Assembly: GCA_018401705.1 (NCBI GenBank)
Contig: JAGYKL010000001.1
Coordinates: forward strand, 148,473 to 212,472
Direction: 5' to 3'
Length of the DNA stretch: 64,000 nt
Origin: Bacteroidia bacterium
GTDB lineage: Bacteria; Bacteroidota; Bacteroidia; M30B66
Each line of letters begins with the position of its first letter. Position 1 is the stretch's first letter. The notes below the pieces were generated by a model. It was not told where the DNA came from. It ran no database searches and saw only the letters and a program-made list of their open reading frames with translations. Below, piece after piece: positions 1 through 10,670 of the stretch. Both the position numbers and the translations under genes were made by a program.

Positions 1-174
1 ATTTTTCTTGGCCGAATCTGCTTTGCTTTCCCATGCAAACTTTCTCGATAAAAGCGAATCAGAAAGAGTTGGACTTTTCTTTTCTAAGACTTCTTTATTT
101 GAGGTATTGTTATCAGAAACATTGGATTGACAAGAAACAAACACCAAAAAAAACAAACAAGGCAATATTCTCAT
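1..174 (-). CDS. Partial CDS (N-terminus only; continues beyond the window start). Probable lipoprotein.
   Basis: ATG at 174 on the minus strand. Translation MRILPCLFFLVFVSCQSNVSDNN... has a hydrophobic signal followed by Cys (lipobox-like VSC). The reading frame stays open to position 1. Too short for the ORF track. Confidence 0.45.
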   Translation of the reverse strand, partial: MRILPCLFFLVFVSCQSNVSDNNTSNKEVLEKKSPTLSDSLLSRKFAWESKADSAKKN

Positions 175-225
175 AATTATAATTTATAATTTAAGGACTT
201 CCTAGATAGTAATTCCTTACACTGC

Positions 226-1317
226 CTATCTTAATAAAAATGCCTCAAACTCCTTGATTCTATCTTCCAGCTCAAACCTACTTATTACATCTAATTGAGC
301 ATTTTTGCCCATCTCAAGGCGCAATGAATCATTTTCAATTAGCTGTTGAATAGCTTTTGTAAATTCTTGAATATTATTTTCTTGAACCAAAATTCCCGTT
401 TCATTATTCTTCACAATTTCGGGATTACTAGATGTATCAAAAGCAATAACAGGCTTTGCATGATTCATTGCTTCAACTATAACATAACCAAATCCTTCCC
501 AAAAAGAGCTTAATAAAAAAACATCAATTGAAGCCATGAAAGAATTCATATCATTTACAAAACCAAGCAACTTAACATTTTCAGATAAATTCAGTTTGGC
601 TATTTTATCATGCAATTCTGATTCAAGTTCTCCGGATCCTGCAATTAAAAGAGTAAACTCCAGATTTAACTTTTGCAATTCCAAAGCCACATCTATTAGA
701 AAACTCTGGCCTTTTTGTGGAGTAAGCCTACCGGCATTGCCAAGGACAATCCCTTTTGCACTTTGTTTAAATTCTGCAATTTTTTCAACATCCACTTCAC
801 TTCTTAAAGATGTGTTAATTCCATGATAGATTACTTTGGATTTAAATTCTCCTTGAATATTCTGAAAAATTAGCTTCTCTGTTTCTTTAGAGTTTGGAAC
901 AAAATGCGTTATATAATTCTTTAAAATAAAAGAATTAATAAAACTAGCCTTGATTGGAACAGCCAACCCACGTAAATAAACAATTGATTTCACTGAAGCT
1001 CTGTGCGCTGCAATCGAAGCGATTTTCATATCCTGCGAGGAAGAAAAAACAACAGTATCAATTCCATTTTCTCGAAACAATTTACTTACCGAAGCTATTT
1101 TAAGTGGATTAAGAAATGATAATTTATGAATTTCAACATGAACAATCTCCAGCTTTTCTTGCTTCGCTTTTATAGCTAGGGGGGAGTTTTCGTTGGCAAT
1201 AAGCAACACTTTATAACCTAGCTTTCTAAACTCCAAGGCATATTCAAGATGAAGTTTTTCTCCTCCACCCCAAAAATTTAAACTGTTGAAAAATCCAATT
1301 ATTTTCAAATCGAGCAA
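226..1317 (-). CDS. Glycosyltransferase family 4 (group 1 glycosyltransferase)
   Basis: 363 aa. C-terminal GT4 signature EGFGYVIVEAMNHAKPVIAFD and a typical N-terminal Rossmann half (FWGGGEK). Confidence 0.85.
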   Translation of the reverse strand: MLDLKIIGFFNSLNFWGGGEKLHLEYALEFRKLGYKVLLIANENSPLAIKAKQEKLEIVHVEIHKLSFLNPLKIASVSKLFRENGIDTVVFSSSQDMKIASIAAHRASVKSIVYLRGLAVPIKASFINSFILKNYITHFVPNSKETEKLIFQNIQGEFKSKVIYHGINTSLRSEVDVEKIAEFKQSAKGIVLGNAGRLTPQKGQSFLIDVALELQKLNLEFTLLIAGSGELESELHDKIAKLNLSENVKLLGFVNDMNSFMASIDVFLLSSFWEGFGYVIVEAMNHAKPVIAFDTSSNPEIVKNNETGILVQENNIQEFTKAIQQLIENDSLRLEMGKNAQLDVISRFELEDRIKEFEAFLLR

Positions 1318-1328
1318 GTCTATCTCTG

Positions 1329-1676
1329 TTAACTATTCAGCAATTCGGATAAATCATCTTCTACAAGATTATATTTTCGTAATCTTTTGTTAAATAGATA
1401 TTGATTTAACCACCACATCATTAATCCATACCCAAAAACACCAAAAAACAACCACAACATAAATACTTTAATGGACTGCTTACTAAAATAAACTTCTTGA
1501 AATGGGTTTTCATTTAATTCAAATAATCCAGTAAATACAAATAGTAAAATACCGTAAATAACTCCATTAGTGGCAGCAAATTTAATCATGCCCATCTTTC
1601 TGTTATCTAGCCAGTTCTTCATGAACCGCAAATCTGATTTGCTAATTTTTTCCGGCATTTTTATAGTTCTCCTCAT
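1329..1676 (-). CDS. Small membrane protein, function unknown
   Basis: 115 aa with two predicted TM helices (VIYGILLFVFTGLF; VFMLWLFFGVFGYGLMMWW). The start is uncertain; the 5' end overlaps the downstream-encoded DUF1801 gene by 35 nt unless an internal Met is used. Confidence 0.45.
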   Translation of the reverse strand: MRRTIKMPEKISKSDLRFMKNWLDNRKMGMIKFAATNGVIYGILLFVFTGLFELNENPFQEVYFSKQSIKVFMLWLFFGVFGYGLMMWWLNQYLFNKRLRKYNLVEDDLSELLNS

Positions 1677-2109
1677 ATGTGCTTATCCATTGCTGAGGAG
1701 TTATCTTGGCAACTAATTCTCCTATCAATAAATAAGGGATATCATCAAGTTTCTTAAATCTAATGCAACTTTTCCCCATGTCGAGCTTAGATTTTGCATG
1801 CTTAGGGTAATTAGCAACGAACCAGTCGTGTAATTCCTGATTAGCATAAATACCCATATGGTACAGAGCAATAAAATTCTTTTGCGAAGCTAGGTTCATT
1901 AAAGGTAGCGGCAGCTTAGGATTGCAGTGGTAACCTGCAGGGTAAATTGCATGAGGAACAACATAACCTATCATGCCATAACTGATTTCTTCCTTGAAAC
2001 CTTCAGGTAAATTATCGAGGATTGTCTTTCTTAATTTCAACATTGCTTCTTGCCTATCCTCAGGTAGGCTTTCAATGTAACTATCAGGAGATAAAGCTTC
2101 GCTTTTCAT
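1642..2109 (-). CDS. DUF1801 (YdhG-like) domain protein
   Basis: The ORF track gives 1642..2187, but the first 26 codons overlap the upstream permease gene. The internal Met (MKSEALSPDSYIESLPEDRQEAM...) removes the overlap. The sequence pattern is typical of DUF1801 proteins. Confidence 0.55.
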   Translation of the reverse strand: MKSEALSPDSYIESLPEDRQEAMLKLRKTILDNLPEGFKEEISYGMIGYVVPHAIYPAGYHCNPKLPLPLMNLASQKNFIALYHMGIYANQELHDWFVANYPKHAKSKLDMGKSCIRFKKLDDIPYLLIGELVAKITPQQWISTYEENYKNAGKN

Positions 2110-2119
2110 ATCTAATAAT

Positions 2120-3364
2120 TTATTTTGCTCGCATAGCTTCAACAGGGTCAAGTCTCGATGCAGAAAGAGCTGGAGCGATTCCTGCAATTAGACCAATTGC
2201 AGAAGAAATTAAAACGCCCAAACTAATATTTTTAAAACTAAGACTTATGTCCATGTCCAAACCAGCACTAAGCGCCAAGGTGAGGATGAAAATTATTAAT
2301 AAACCAATAATACCTCCGATGATGGCAAGCAACATAGATTCAAACAAGAATTGAAATAGGATGAAATAATTTTTTGCCCCTAATGCTTTTTGAATCCCTA
2401 TGATATTGGTTCTTTCTTTAACACTAACAAACATAATGTTGGCAATTCCAAAACCTCCAACCAAAATTGAAAATAGACCAATAACTCCACCAGCAACATT
2501 TACAACGCTAATAAGTGAAGCAAATCCATTTGATAATAATTTAGTTTCGTTCAATGCAAAATTATTTGCTTCACGAGGCTTTAACCTTCTTAATGCCCTC
2601 ATGATTCCAGTAAGTTCATCAATTAGTGCCTCGTTTGTAACACCATCAGCCGCTTTAACGGCTATATAAGGATTAAGACCTTCGTTTCTAATATCAACTA
2701 TTTGTCGAGCAAAATTCAAGGGCGCAATAGCAGCGTTATCAAGACCGAAATCGAGCAAATTTTGACCTTCTTTTTTAAAGACGCCAATAACATCAACCGG
2801 ATCTCCTTGAATAGAAATCGTTTTCCCAATAGGATTTTGCTTTCCGAATAAAGCCTCAGCGACTTCAGCCCCGATAACGATTTTATTACTTCCGCGATTT
2901 ATTTCTGCCAGAGAAAAATACCTTCCTTCTTGAAGTTCAAAGGATTTAATTTGATCATATTCATCGCTCACTGCACTTATTTGAACATTCTCAGCATTTG
3001 AGGATTGGTATTCTAATGTAACTTGAGTCTGAATTAAAAAGGAAGAAGCAACCAAGAGATTCGATTTTTTCCTCACCATATCAAGCTCAGACAGCTTGGT
3101 TACCGGTCTGTTCATATACTCCCACCACTGATAATCTGAAGAAAACTCCCAAGGCCATTTTTGAATATAAATAACGTTATCGCCAAGTGAGGAAATGCTT
3201 TTATCAATATTTTGACGAATGGAATCGACCATTGTAAAAACTGATATGATGGCAAATATTCCAATAGTTATACCCAACAAGGAAAGAAAAGTCCTCAGCT
3301 TGTTTGATACAAGAGAATCGACAGCAAATTTGAAACTTTCGGCAAACAACTTAAGGAATAACAT
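2120..3364 (-). CDS. ABC transporter permease, FtsX-like (MacB/LolE family)
   Basis: 414 aa. N-terminal TM helix, a large periplasmic domain, and a C-terminal FtsX-type four-helix bundle (…GIQKALGAKNYFILFQFLFESMLLAIIGGIIGL…). Confidence 0.85.
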   Translation of the reverse strand: MLFLKLFAESFKFAVDSLVSNKLRTFLSLLGITIGIFAIISVFTMVDSIRQNIDKSISSLGDNVIYIQKWPWEFSSDYQWWEYMNRPVTKLSELDMVRKKSNLLVASSFLIQTQVTLEYQSSNAENVQISAVSDEYDQIKSFELQEGRYFSLAEINRGSNKIVIGAEVAEALFGKQNPIGKTISIQGDPVDVIGVFKKEGQNLLDFGLDNAAIAPLNFARQIVDIRNEGLNPYIAVKAADGVTNEALIDELTGIMRALRRLKPREANNFALNETKLLSNGFASLISVVNVAGGVIGLFSILVGGFGIANIMFVSVKERTNIIGIQKALGAKNYFILFQFLFESMLLAIIGGIIGLLIIFILTLALSAGLDMDISLSFKNISLGVLISSAIGLIAGIAPALSASRLDPVEAMRAK

Positions 3365-3608
3365 GGCTCAAAGATATGAAATAGTTATGCCGGCACTCTG
3401 TATTAGCCTGATAGAATAGCTAGAAATAAATTCAAATTTTGCGAGTTAAGAACCTGGAACAATCAAGAATGATATAAATTGCAAGAAGCTGTGTTAGAAA
3501 TATTCACAGATTGTTCAAAAAAACTTAACAATTGTATGATTATACACGAAATTGAAGCCTTTCAAGCAGTTTCTTTTGCTTAAGTTTGCCATTGTATTTA
3601 ATGCATCC

Positions 3609-5099
3609 ATGACGGGAGAAAAAACTATTCAAAGAGCTTTAATATCAGTTTACTACAAAGATGGGCTGGAAGAAATTGCGAAAGCTTTGCACGATCGTGA
3701 CATTGAAATTTTCTCGACGGGCGGAACTCGCAGCTTTATTGAGAATTTAGGAATACCAGTTATCGCGGTTGAAGATTTAACTTCCTACCCATCCATTTTA
3801 GGAGGACGAGTTAAAACTTTGCATCCGAAGGTTTTTGGAGGCATCTTAGGAAGAAGACAAGACGAAGGAGATTTGGCTCAGCTTGATCAATATGAAATTC
3901 CTGGTTTTGATTTAGTGATGGTTGATTTGTATCCTTTTGAAGAGACTTTAGCCTCTGGAGCTTCAGAAGCTGATATCATTGAAAAAATAGATATCGGAGG
4001 GGTAAGTTTAATTAGAGCTGCTGCCAAGAATTTTAGCGATGTTTTAGTTGTATCTGACCGTTCTCAATATCCAGCACTAGCTGAAGTTTTATCAAATCAA
4101 GAAGGAAGAACTACAGTTGAGCAAAGAAAATCATTCGCATCAGAAGCATTTAGAATTACTGCTGGATATGATCAGGCCATAAGAGATTGGTTTTCTGGCA
4201 ATCAAAAACCTTTGAGATATGGAGAAAATCCGCATCAAAAGGCTCACTTCGAAGGTGATTTAAACAAAGTATTTGATCAACTTCATGGCAAGGAATTATC
4301 ATACAACAACTTATTAGATGTTGACGCAGCCCTTTGTTTGATTGAGGATTTCCCTTCTGCAGGTTGTGCTATTATAAAGCATAACAATGCTTGTGGGGCT
4401 GCCTTAAATGCCAGCCAATTAGAGGCATGGAATAAAGCATTGGCTGGTGATCCAGTATCGGCTTTTGGAGGAATTTTCGTCTTTAATGAAGAACTTACAG
4501 CAGAAACTGCGGCCGAATGTGATAAGTTATTTTTTGAAGTTATTCTTGCTCCGGACTATTCTGAAGAGGCTTTAAGTATCTTAAAAAGCAAGAAGAATAG
4601 AATTATTCTTAAAACAAAAAACTTTAATAGACCTCAAAAGTTAAGACGATCGATTCTTAATGGTCAACTAGTACAAGATAGTGATTCAAAAACAGAAGGA
4701 GCTGCAGATTTCCAATTAGTAAGTGGTGAACAACCTGAGGAGAAGTTACTTAAGGATTTAGAATTTGCTGCAGTTTTAGTGAAGCATACAAAGTCGAATG
4801 CAATAGTTTTAGTGAAGAATTTACAGTTGCTAGCAAGCGGCACCGGACAAACTTCAAGAATTGATGCATTACGTCAAGCGGCCGATAAAGCCGAAAGGAT
4901 GAACTTAAGTGCTAAGGGAGCAGTTTTAGCTTCTGATGCATTCTTTCCTTTTGCAGACAGTATTGAAGCGTCTGCAGAAACAGGAATATCTGCAATTATT
5001 CAACCGGGAGGTTCTGTTCGTGACCAGGAGGTTATCGAAGCTGCCAAGCGACTGAATATTAATATGGTTTTTACAGGAACAAGACATTTTAAACATTAA
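3609..5099 (+). CDS. purH: Bifunctional AICAR formyltransferase / IMP cyclohydrolase
   Basis: Starts at MTGEKTIQRALISVYYKDGLEE… (MGS-like domain) and continues through the AICARFT region (…GGTSRIDALRQA…). The ORF track begins 19 codons upstream in a frame with no PurH-like sequence. Confidence 0.93.
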   Translation: MTGEKTIQRALISVYYKDGLEEIAKALHDRDIEIFSTGGTRSFIENLGIPVIAVEDLTSYPSILGGRVKTLHPKVFGGILGRRQDEGDLAQLDQYEIPGFDLVMVDLYPFEETLASGASEADIIEKIDIGGVSLIRAAAKNFSDVLVVSDRSQYPALAEVLSNQEGRTTVEQRKSFASEAFRITAGYDQAIRDWFSGNQKPLRYGENPHQKAHFEGDLNKVFDQLHGKELSYNNLLDVDAALCLIEDFPSAGCAIIKHNNACGAALNASQLEAWNKALAGDPVSAFGGIFVFNEELTAETAAECDKLFFEVILAPDYSEEALSILKSKKNRIILKTKNFNRPQKLRRSILNGQLVQDSDSKTEGAADFQLVSGEQPEEKLLKDLEFAAVLVKHTKSNAIVLVKNLQLLASGTGQTSRIDALRQAADKAERMNLSAKGAVLASDAFFPFADSIEASAETGISAIIQPGGSVRDQEVIEAAKRLNINMVFTGTRHFKH

Positions 5100-5120
5100 A
5101 AACACCTATTGAAATAACGC

Positions 5121-6143
5121 ATGGGGATGTTCAACTTTTTTACCCAAGAAATAGCGATCGACCTTGGAACAGCCAATACGATCATTATACACAACGATAA
5201 AGTTGTGGTAGACGAACCATCGATTGTTGCCATTGAGCGTTCAAGCGGAAAAGTAATTGCCGTTGGGAAGTCAGCTCAGCAAATGCATGGTAAGACTCAC
5301 GAGAATATAAAAACTATTCGTCCTCTTAAAGACGGAGTAATTGCCGATTTCAATGCTGCTGAGCATATGATTCGTGGCATGATTAAAATGATAAATCCAG
5401 GAAGGAAAATATTCTCTCCTTCATTAGTGATGGTTATTTGCATCCCTTCAGGCATTACAGAAGTTGAAAAGAGAGCCGTTCGCGACTCTGCAGAGCACGC
5501 TGGAGCCAAAGAAGTTTATCTTATTCATGAGCCGATGGCAGCTGCAATCGGTATTGGGATAGATGTGGAAGAGCCTATGGGTAATATGATTATTGATATT
5601 GGAGGTGGAACTTCTGAAATTGCTGTAATTGCATTGGGAGGAATCGTTTGTGATAAGAGTATTCGTGTTGCCGGAGATGATTTCACTGCCGATATTGAAG
5701 ATTACATGCGCAGACAGCATAACATTCATATTGGTGAGCGTACTGCTGAGAAAATAAAGATTGAAGTTGGAGCTGCTCTAACTGAGATTGACAATCCTCC
5801 ACCTGATTATGCAGTTCATGGAAGAGATATGATGACTGGTATTCCTAAGGAAATCATGGTTTCTTATCAGGAAATAGCCCATTGTTTGGATAAATCTATT
5901 GCGAAGATTGAAACAGCTATTTTAAATGCTTTAGAAATGACGCCTCCTGAATTGTCGGCGGATATCTACAGAACAGGTATATACTTAGCTGGAGGTGGAT
6001 CAATGTTAAGAGGTTTGGATAAACGTATTTCAGCAAGAACTAAACTACCTGTTTATATTGCAGAAGATCCTCTTAGAGCTGTTGCGAGAGGTACTGGAAT
6101 TGCCTTGAAGAATCGTGATAAATTTAAGTTCCTGATCCGGTAG
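5121..6143 (+). CDS. mreB: Rod shape-determining actin-like protein MreB
   Basis: MGMFNFFTQEIAIDLGTANTIII… matches the canonical MreB N-terminus. The actin-fold phosphate motifs DIGGGTSE and LAGGGSMLRGLD are present. Confidence 0.95.
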   Translation: MGMFNFFTQEIAIDLGTANTIIIHNDKVVVDEPSIVAIERSSGKVIAVGKSAQQMHGKTHENIKTIRPLKDGVIADFNAAEHMIRGMIKMINPGRKIFSPSLVMVICIPSGITEVEKRAVRDSAEHAGAKEVYLIHEPMAAAIGIGIDVEEPMGNMIIDIGGGTSEIAVIALGGIVCDKSIRVAGDDFTADIEDYMRRQHNIHIGERTAEKIKIEVGAALTEIDNPPPDYAVHGRDMMTGIPKEIMVSYQEIAHCLDKSIAKIETAILNALEMTPPELSADIYRTGIYLAGGGSMLRGLDKRISARTKLPVYIAEDPLRAVARGTGIALKNRDKFKFLIR

Positions 6144-6176
6144 TTAAATCTGGAATTGTAAAAAACAATTACGCAT

Positions 6177-7013
6177 ATGCGGAATTTTTTCCTACTCATC
6201 AGAAGGTATAATTTCATATTGATATTTCTTCTGTTGCAGGGTTTTTCATTTTTTCTTCTCACGAGGAATAACGGATATCAGAGAGCTGCGATAATTGGAA
6301 CATCAAATAATATTACAGGACAAATATTTGATGCATATAGCAATGTTACAGATTATTTAACGCTCGGTATTGCAAATGCTACGCTGGCCAAAGAGAATGC
6401 AATGCTAAGACAGCAAGACTCAAGCGCCTTATACTCGAAACTCTTCGAAATTGTAAAAGTTGAAGACAGCGCTTCTTTGCAGCAGTATGAATACATTTCT
6501 GCTCGAGTCATAAACAACAGCGTTAAAAATGTAAATAATTACCTTACTCTAGACAAAGGAAGCTTGCATGGTGTTTTGCCCGAAATGGCTGTAATTAGCT
6601 CTGATGGGGTTGTTGGTATTGTAAAGGATGTATCTGAACATTATAGTACGGTAATTTCATTATTACACAGAGCCACTAAAATCTCATCTAAAATTGCCAA
6701 GAATAATTATTTCGGCTCTACGATTTGGGATGGAAAATCGCCTGAATTCGCTAAACTTTACGATATACCTAGTCATGCCAAATTAGAGATAGGAGACTCA
6801 ATCCTCACAAGCACTTATTCGGGAATATTCCCCAGAGATATTCTTGTAGGAACAGTGAGTGAAATTGGCAATAATGGTCAAAGCTTTAAAGATATTCAAA
6901 TAAAATTGAGTACCGATTTCAGAACAATATCCTACGTTTACGTAGTAAGAAATCTATTGAAAGCCGAGAGAGATTCACTGGAAACACGAACTATTGAAGA
7001 TATTCAAGAATGA
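6177..7013 (+). CDS. mreC: Rod shape-determining protein MreC
   Basis: 278 aa directly downstream of mreB. N-terminal TM helix, a coiled-coil region, then a beta-rich domain (…VISSDGVVGIVKDV…GDSILTS…). This is the conserved mreBCD order. Confidence 0.8.
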   Translation: MRNFFLLIRRYNFILIFLLLQGFSFFLLTRNNGYQRAAIIGTSNNITGQIFDAYSNVTDYLTLGIANATLAKENAMLRQQDSSALYSKLFEIVKVEDSASLQQYEYISARVINNSVKNVNNYLTLDKGSLHGVLPEMAVISSDGVVGIVKDVSEHYSTVISLLHRATKISSKIAKNNYFGSTIWDGKSPEFAKLYDIPSHAKLEIGDSILTSTYSGIFPRDILVGTVSEIGNNGQSFKDIQIKLSTDFRTISYVYVVRNLLKAERDSLETRTIEDIQE

Positions 7014-7531
7014 TAGGCACTATTCTACAAAACCTATTACGATTTTTATTGCTTGTTTTCATTCAGGTGTTTATCCTTAACCAGATTACCCTGCCGGGGA
7101 ATGTGAATGCATATATAAATCCCAATATTTACATTCTTTTTCTCTTCATGTTGCCAATAAATATTAATAAGCAATTGCTATTGCTACTTAGTTTTATCTG
7201 TGGATTAACGATTGATGTTTTCAGTTCAACTGCAGGAATGCATGCTTCAGCTTGTCTTTTTATAGGATTAATGAGACCGGGCTTGGTGAACCTTATCATG
7301 CCAAGAGATGGTTATGAAAACACTGTAGAATTAACGTTACCAGGCCTTGGCTTTAGAACATTCTTCATATATACTTCTACTTTAGTGGTATTGCATCATT
7401 TTGTGCTTTACCTAATTGAAGCGTTTAATTTTCTGAATTTTGGAGATTTATTGCTGAGAGTTATAATTTCATCAATCGCTACGCTTTTTTTAATTACTTT
7501 AAGTCAGTTGCTCACTTTGCGTAAACGATAG
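7010..7531 (+). CDS. mreD: Rod shape-determining protein MreD
   Basis: 173-aa polytopic membrane protein. Its start overlaps the mreC stop (ATGA) and it sits in the expected mreBCD context. Confidence 0.65.
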   Translation: MIGTILQNLLRFLLLVFIQVFILNQITLPGNVNAYINPNIYILFLFMLPININKQLLLLLSFICGLTIDVFSSTAGMHASACLFIGLMRPGLVNLIMPRDGYENTVELTLPGLGFRTFFIYTSTLVVLHHFVLYLIEAFNFLNFGDLLLRVIISSIATLFLITLSQLLTLRKR

Positions 7532-7538
7532 CTTAGGC

Positions 7539-9371
7539 ATGAACGTTTTTTCTGACAGGAAATACATAATCAGCTTCATCTTTATAGGTCTGATTCTCAT
7601 ATTCCTAATAAGGCTTTTCTATATTCAGGTTGTTGACGATAAATACAAGTTAGCTGCCAATGATAACGCTTTGAGGCATAAAATTGAATATCCTGAGAGA
7701 GGAGTTATTTATGATCGAAATGGTAAGATTTTAGTCTATAACGAAGCAGCCTATGATCTTATGGTTATCCCCCGAAGGGTTAAAAACATTGATACTGCTG
7801 ACCTATGCAACCTTCTTGATATCACAAAAGATGAATTCATTGAGAAAATTGTTGAGCTTAAGAAGAAGAAATACAGTTCATTCAGACCTGAAATCTTTGA
7901 AAACGAGTTATCTTTAGAGACGTATGCTACTCTTCAGGAGAAGATGTACAAATTTCCGGGCTTCTTTGTTCAAGCAAGAACTTTACGCAAATACCCTCTA
8001 AGAACGGCTTCACACGCACTTGGCTATGTTGGCGAAGTTGATGATAAAATAATTGCTGATAACCCTTATTACCGTTCAGGTGATAATATCGGATTAAGCG
8101 GAGTTGAAAAAACTTACGAATCTCCACTTCGAGGACAACGAGGTGTTAAGATTGTAATGGTTGATGTATACAACCGGGAAAAGGGTAGTTTCGAAAATGG
8201 TCGGTACGACACAGCCTCTGTACTTGGAAAAAGCTTAGTTTCTTCATTAGATGCTGAACTTCAGCAGTATGGAGAGCGGTTAATGAATAATAAGATTGGA
8301 TCTATTGTAGCTATTGAACCTTCAAGTGGCGAAATTCTTAGCTTGGTTTCTGCTCCATCATACGACCCTAACTTATTGGTTGGGCGGGTAAAAAGCAAGA
8401 ATTACCGAAAGATGCTCGTGGATACATTAAAGCCTTTGTACAATCGGGCCACTATGGCAAAATACCCTCCTGGCTCTACATTTAAATTAGTTAATGGTCT
8501 CATTGGATTGCAGGAAGGAGTTATTAATGAAAACACCTTATTTAGCTGTTCGAGAGGTTTTCATTATGGCGGCTTAACGGTAGGTTGCCACCCGCATGCT
8601 TCGCCCGTAAACCTAAGATTTTCAATCACCACATCCTGTAATTCCTATTACTGCAATACGTTTAAAAACATTATTCAGAAATACTCCAAAACAGCTTTGG
8701 GCTTTTCAATTTGGAGAAACCATGTGCTAAGTTTTGGACTAGGCAATAAGTTCCCTGTTGATTTACCACAAGAATCGTCGGGAAATGTGCCAACAGTAAA
8801 GTATTATGACAAATACCACGGTGCTGGAAGATGGAGCCCTATTTCTGTTATTTCATTGGCAATTGGTCAGGGAGAAATGGGTGTAACGCCATTACAAATG
8901 GCAAATTACTGCGCTACAATTGCAAACAGAGGTTGGTTTTATTCTCCGCATATTATAAAATCTGTTGAGGGAGGCAAAATAGATTCCTTGTACACAACCA
9001 AACAAAAGACGACAATCGACAGAAAGTACTTCACCCCTATTGTTGAAGGGATGAGGAATGTGGTAGTTGCCGGAACCGGCCGTATTGCACAGCTAGATTC
9101 ACTTACCATTTGCGGAAAAACTGGAACTGCTCAAAACCCTCATGGAAAAGATCACTCAATTTTCATTGCCTTTGCGCCAATGGATAATCCTCAAATTGCA
9201 ATTGCGGTGTATGTAGAAAATGCTGGTTTTGGGGCTACTTGGGCAGCTCCAATTGCAAGCTTAATGATAGAAAAATACCTCAGGCGGGAAGTCAAAAGAC
9301 CTGAAATGGAGAAGCGCATTATTGATGCGAATCTTCTTCCTAAAAAAGAGGATTGGATTTCAAAAAAATAA
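7539..9371 (+). CDS. mrdA: Penicillin-binding protein 2 (peptidoglycan D,D-transpeptidase)
   Basis: 610 aa. N-terminal TM helix, PBP dimerisation domain, and a transpeptidase domain carrying the active-site motifs STFK (…PPGSTFKLV…), SCN, and KTG (…GKTGTAQ…). Confidence 0.9.
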   Translation: MNVFSDRKYIISFIFIGLILIFLIRLFYIQVVDDKYKLAANDNALRHKIEYPERGVIYDRNGKILVYNEAAYDLMVIPRRVKNIDTADLCNLLDITKDEFIEKIVELKKKKYSSFRPEIFENELSLETYATLQEKMYKFPGFFVQARTLRKYPLRTASHALGYVGEVDDKIIADNPYYRSGDNIGLSGVEKTYESPLRGQRGVKIVMVDVYNREKGSFENGRYDTASVLGKSLVSSLDAELQQYGERLMNNKIGSIVAIEPSSGEILSLVSAPSYDPNLLVGRVKSKNYRKMLVDTLKPLYNRATMAKYPPGSTFKLVNGLIGLQEGVINENTLFSCSRGFHYGGLTVGCHPHASPVNLRFSITTSCNSYYCNTFKNIIQKYSKTALGFSIWRNHVLSFGLGNKFPVDLPQESSGNVPTVKYYDKYHGAGRWSPISVISLAIGQGEMGVTPLQMANYCATIANRGWFYSPHIIKSVEGGKIDSLYTTKQKTTIDRKYFTPIVEGMRNVVVAGTGRIAQLDSLTICGKTGTAQNPHGKDHSIFIAFAPMDNPQIAIAVYVENAGFGATWAAPIASLMIEKYLRREVKRPEMEKRIIDANLLPKKEDWISKK

Positions 9372-9376
9372 GCAGC

Positions 9377-10645
9377 ATGGCTAATAGAAATAAAGAAGAT
9401 GTACTTCAAAATATTGACTGGATGCTAGTTTTGCTTTACCTAGTTCTTGTAACTATGGGCTGGTTTAATATTTATGCTGCAGTTTATAATGAAGCATATA
9501 AAAGCATTTTCGACACAACTCAAAGTTATGGAATGCAGCTAGTATGGATTGTCACATCTCTGGCTATTGCATTTATGATACTAATTATAGATGGAGAATT
9601 CTTTCCATCGTTTGCTTATGTCTTATATGGAGGGTTTATTCTCCTCTTACTTTTCGTTATAGTTGCTGGTGTTGAAGTGAAAGGGTCGCGTTCATGGATT
9701 GGCGTGGGTTCGTTTAGAATTCAACCTGCTGAATTTGCGAAGTTTGCTACCAACCTAGCATTAGCAAAGTATTTAAGTAGTGTAAATATTAACTTCGAGA
9801 AACTAAGCACTAAGCTTAAAGCGGCTGCCATCTTTGCAGTTCCGGCCTTAATTATCATTTTGCAAAATGAAACAGGGTCAGCTTTGGTTTATGGTTCATT
9901 TATTTTGGTTTTATACCGTGAAGGCTTATCGGGAAACATCTTACTCATTGGTGTTGCCATGGTTGTTCTTTTTATTGCAGCATTACTGGTTGATGAGTGG
10001 ATACTTTTGCTGATACTAGCAATAATTGCTCTTGGTTCATTTTTATTTGTGCGCCTGAGGCGGAATAACATTATTGTGGTTTCGGCACTTCTTGTGGGTT
10101 CAATGGCTTTTGTACATTCTGTTGATTACACCTTTACGAATATTCTTGAACCCCATCAAAAAAAGAGAATTAACGTTCTATTGGGCAAAGAGATTGATCC
10201 AAAAGGGGCTGGATACAATGTTAATCAATCAATGATTGCGATTGGTTCGGGAGGACTAATTGGTAAAGGTTATCTAAACGGAACACAAACCAAATACAAT
10301 TATGTCCCTGAGCAGAGCACAGACTTTATATTTTGTACTGTTGGAGAAGAATGGGGTTTTGCAGGAAGTATTATAGTTTTGGGTTTATTCGTGGTGCTCT
10401 TGTTACGAATCATTTTTCTGGCCGAAAGGCAAAGAAGTAGTTTCTCCAGAATTTACGGGTATGGCCTTGCAAGCATCATTTTCATTCACGTAGCAATAAA
10501 TATAGGTATGACTATTGGACTTGCTCCTGTTGTTGGTATTCCTCTGCCTTTCTTTAGTTATGGAGGTTCTTCATTATGGTCATTTACTATACTAACATTC
10601 ATTTTTGTTAGGTTAGATGCGTACAGATTCCAAATTCTAAGATAG
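9377..10645 (+). CDS. rodA: SEDS-family peptidoglycan glycosyltransferase RodA
   Basis: Start set at MANRNKEDVLQNIDWMLV… to avoid overlapping mrdA. About 10 TM helices, with the FtsW/RodA C-terminal region (…GLAPVVGIPLPFFSYGGSS…). Confidence 0.9.
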   Translation: MANRNKEDVLQNIDWMLVLLYLVLVTMGWFNIYAAVYNEAYKSIFDTTQSYGMQLVWIVTSLAIAFMILIIDGEFFPSFAYVLYGGFILLLLFVIVAGVEVKGSRSWIGVGSFRIQPAEFAKFATNLALAKYLSSVNINFEKLSTKLKAAAIFAVPALIIILQNETGSALVYGSFILVLYREGLSGNILLIGVAMVVLFIAALLVDEWILLLILAIIALGSFLFVRLRRNNIIVVSALLVGSMAFVHSVDYTFTNILEPHQKKRINVLLGKEIDPKGAGYNVNQSMIAIGSGGLIGKGYLNGTQTKYNYVPEQSTDFIFCTVGEEWGFAGSIIVLGLFVVLLLRIIFLAERQRSSFSRIYGYGLASIIFIHVAINIGMTIGLAPVVGIPLPFFSYGGSSLWSFTILTFIFVRLDAYRFQILR

Positions 10646-10670
10646 CCGCCAAAGCCATTATCTTTGCAGC

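Noticed and set aside
536-826. Antisense or embedded ORFs of 60-110 aa inside confidently assigned genes (e.g. 536..826, 2022..2354, 2400..2669, 5297..5729, 7927..8127, 12523..12741, 20356..20550, 23088..23402, 27241..27558, 45631..46131, 56036..56833)
   Set aside because: Each lies wholly inside a longer ORF on the opposite strand or another frame. None has a recognisable motif, and their composition mirrors the host gene. They are typical spurious ORFs.
1642-2187. Long N-terminal extension of the DUF1801 ORF
   Set aside because: The first 26 codons overlap the permease gene, and an internal Met gives a typical DUF1801 N-terminus. I trimmed the call to 1642..2109.
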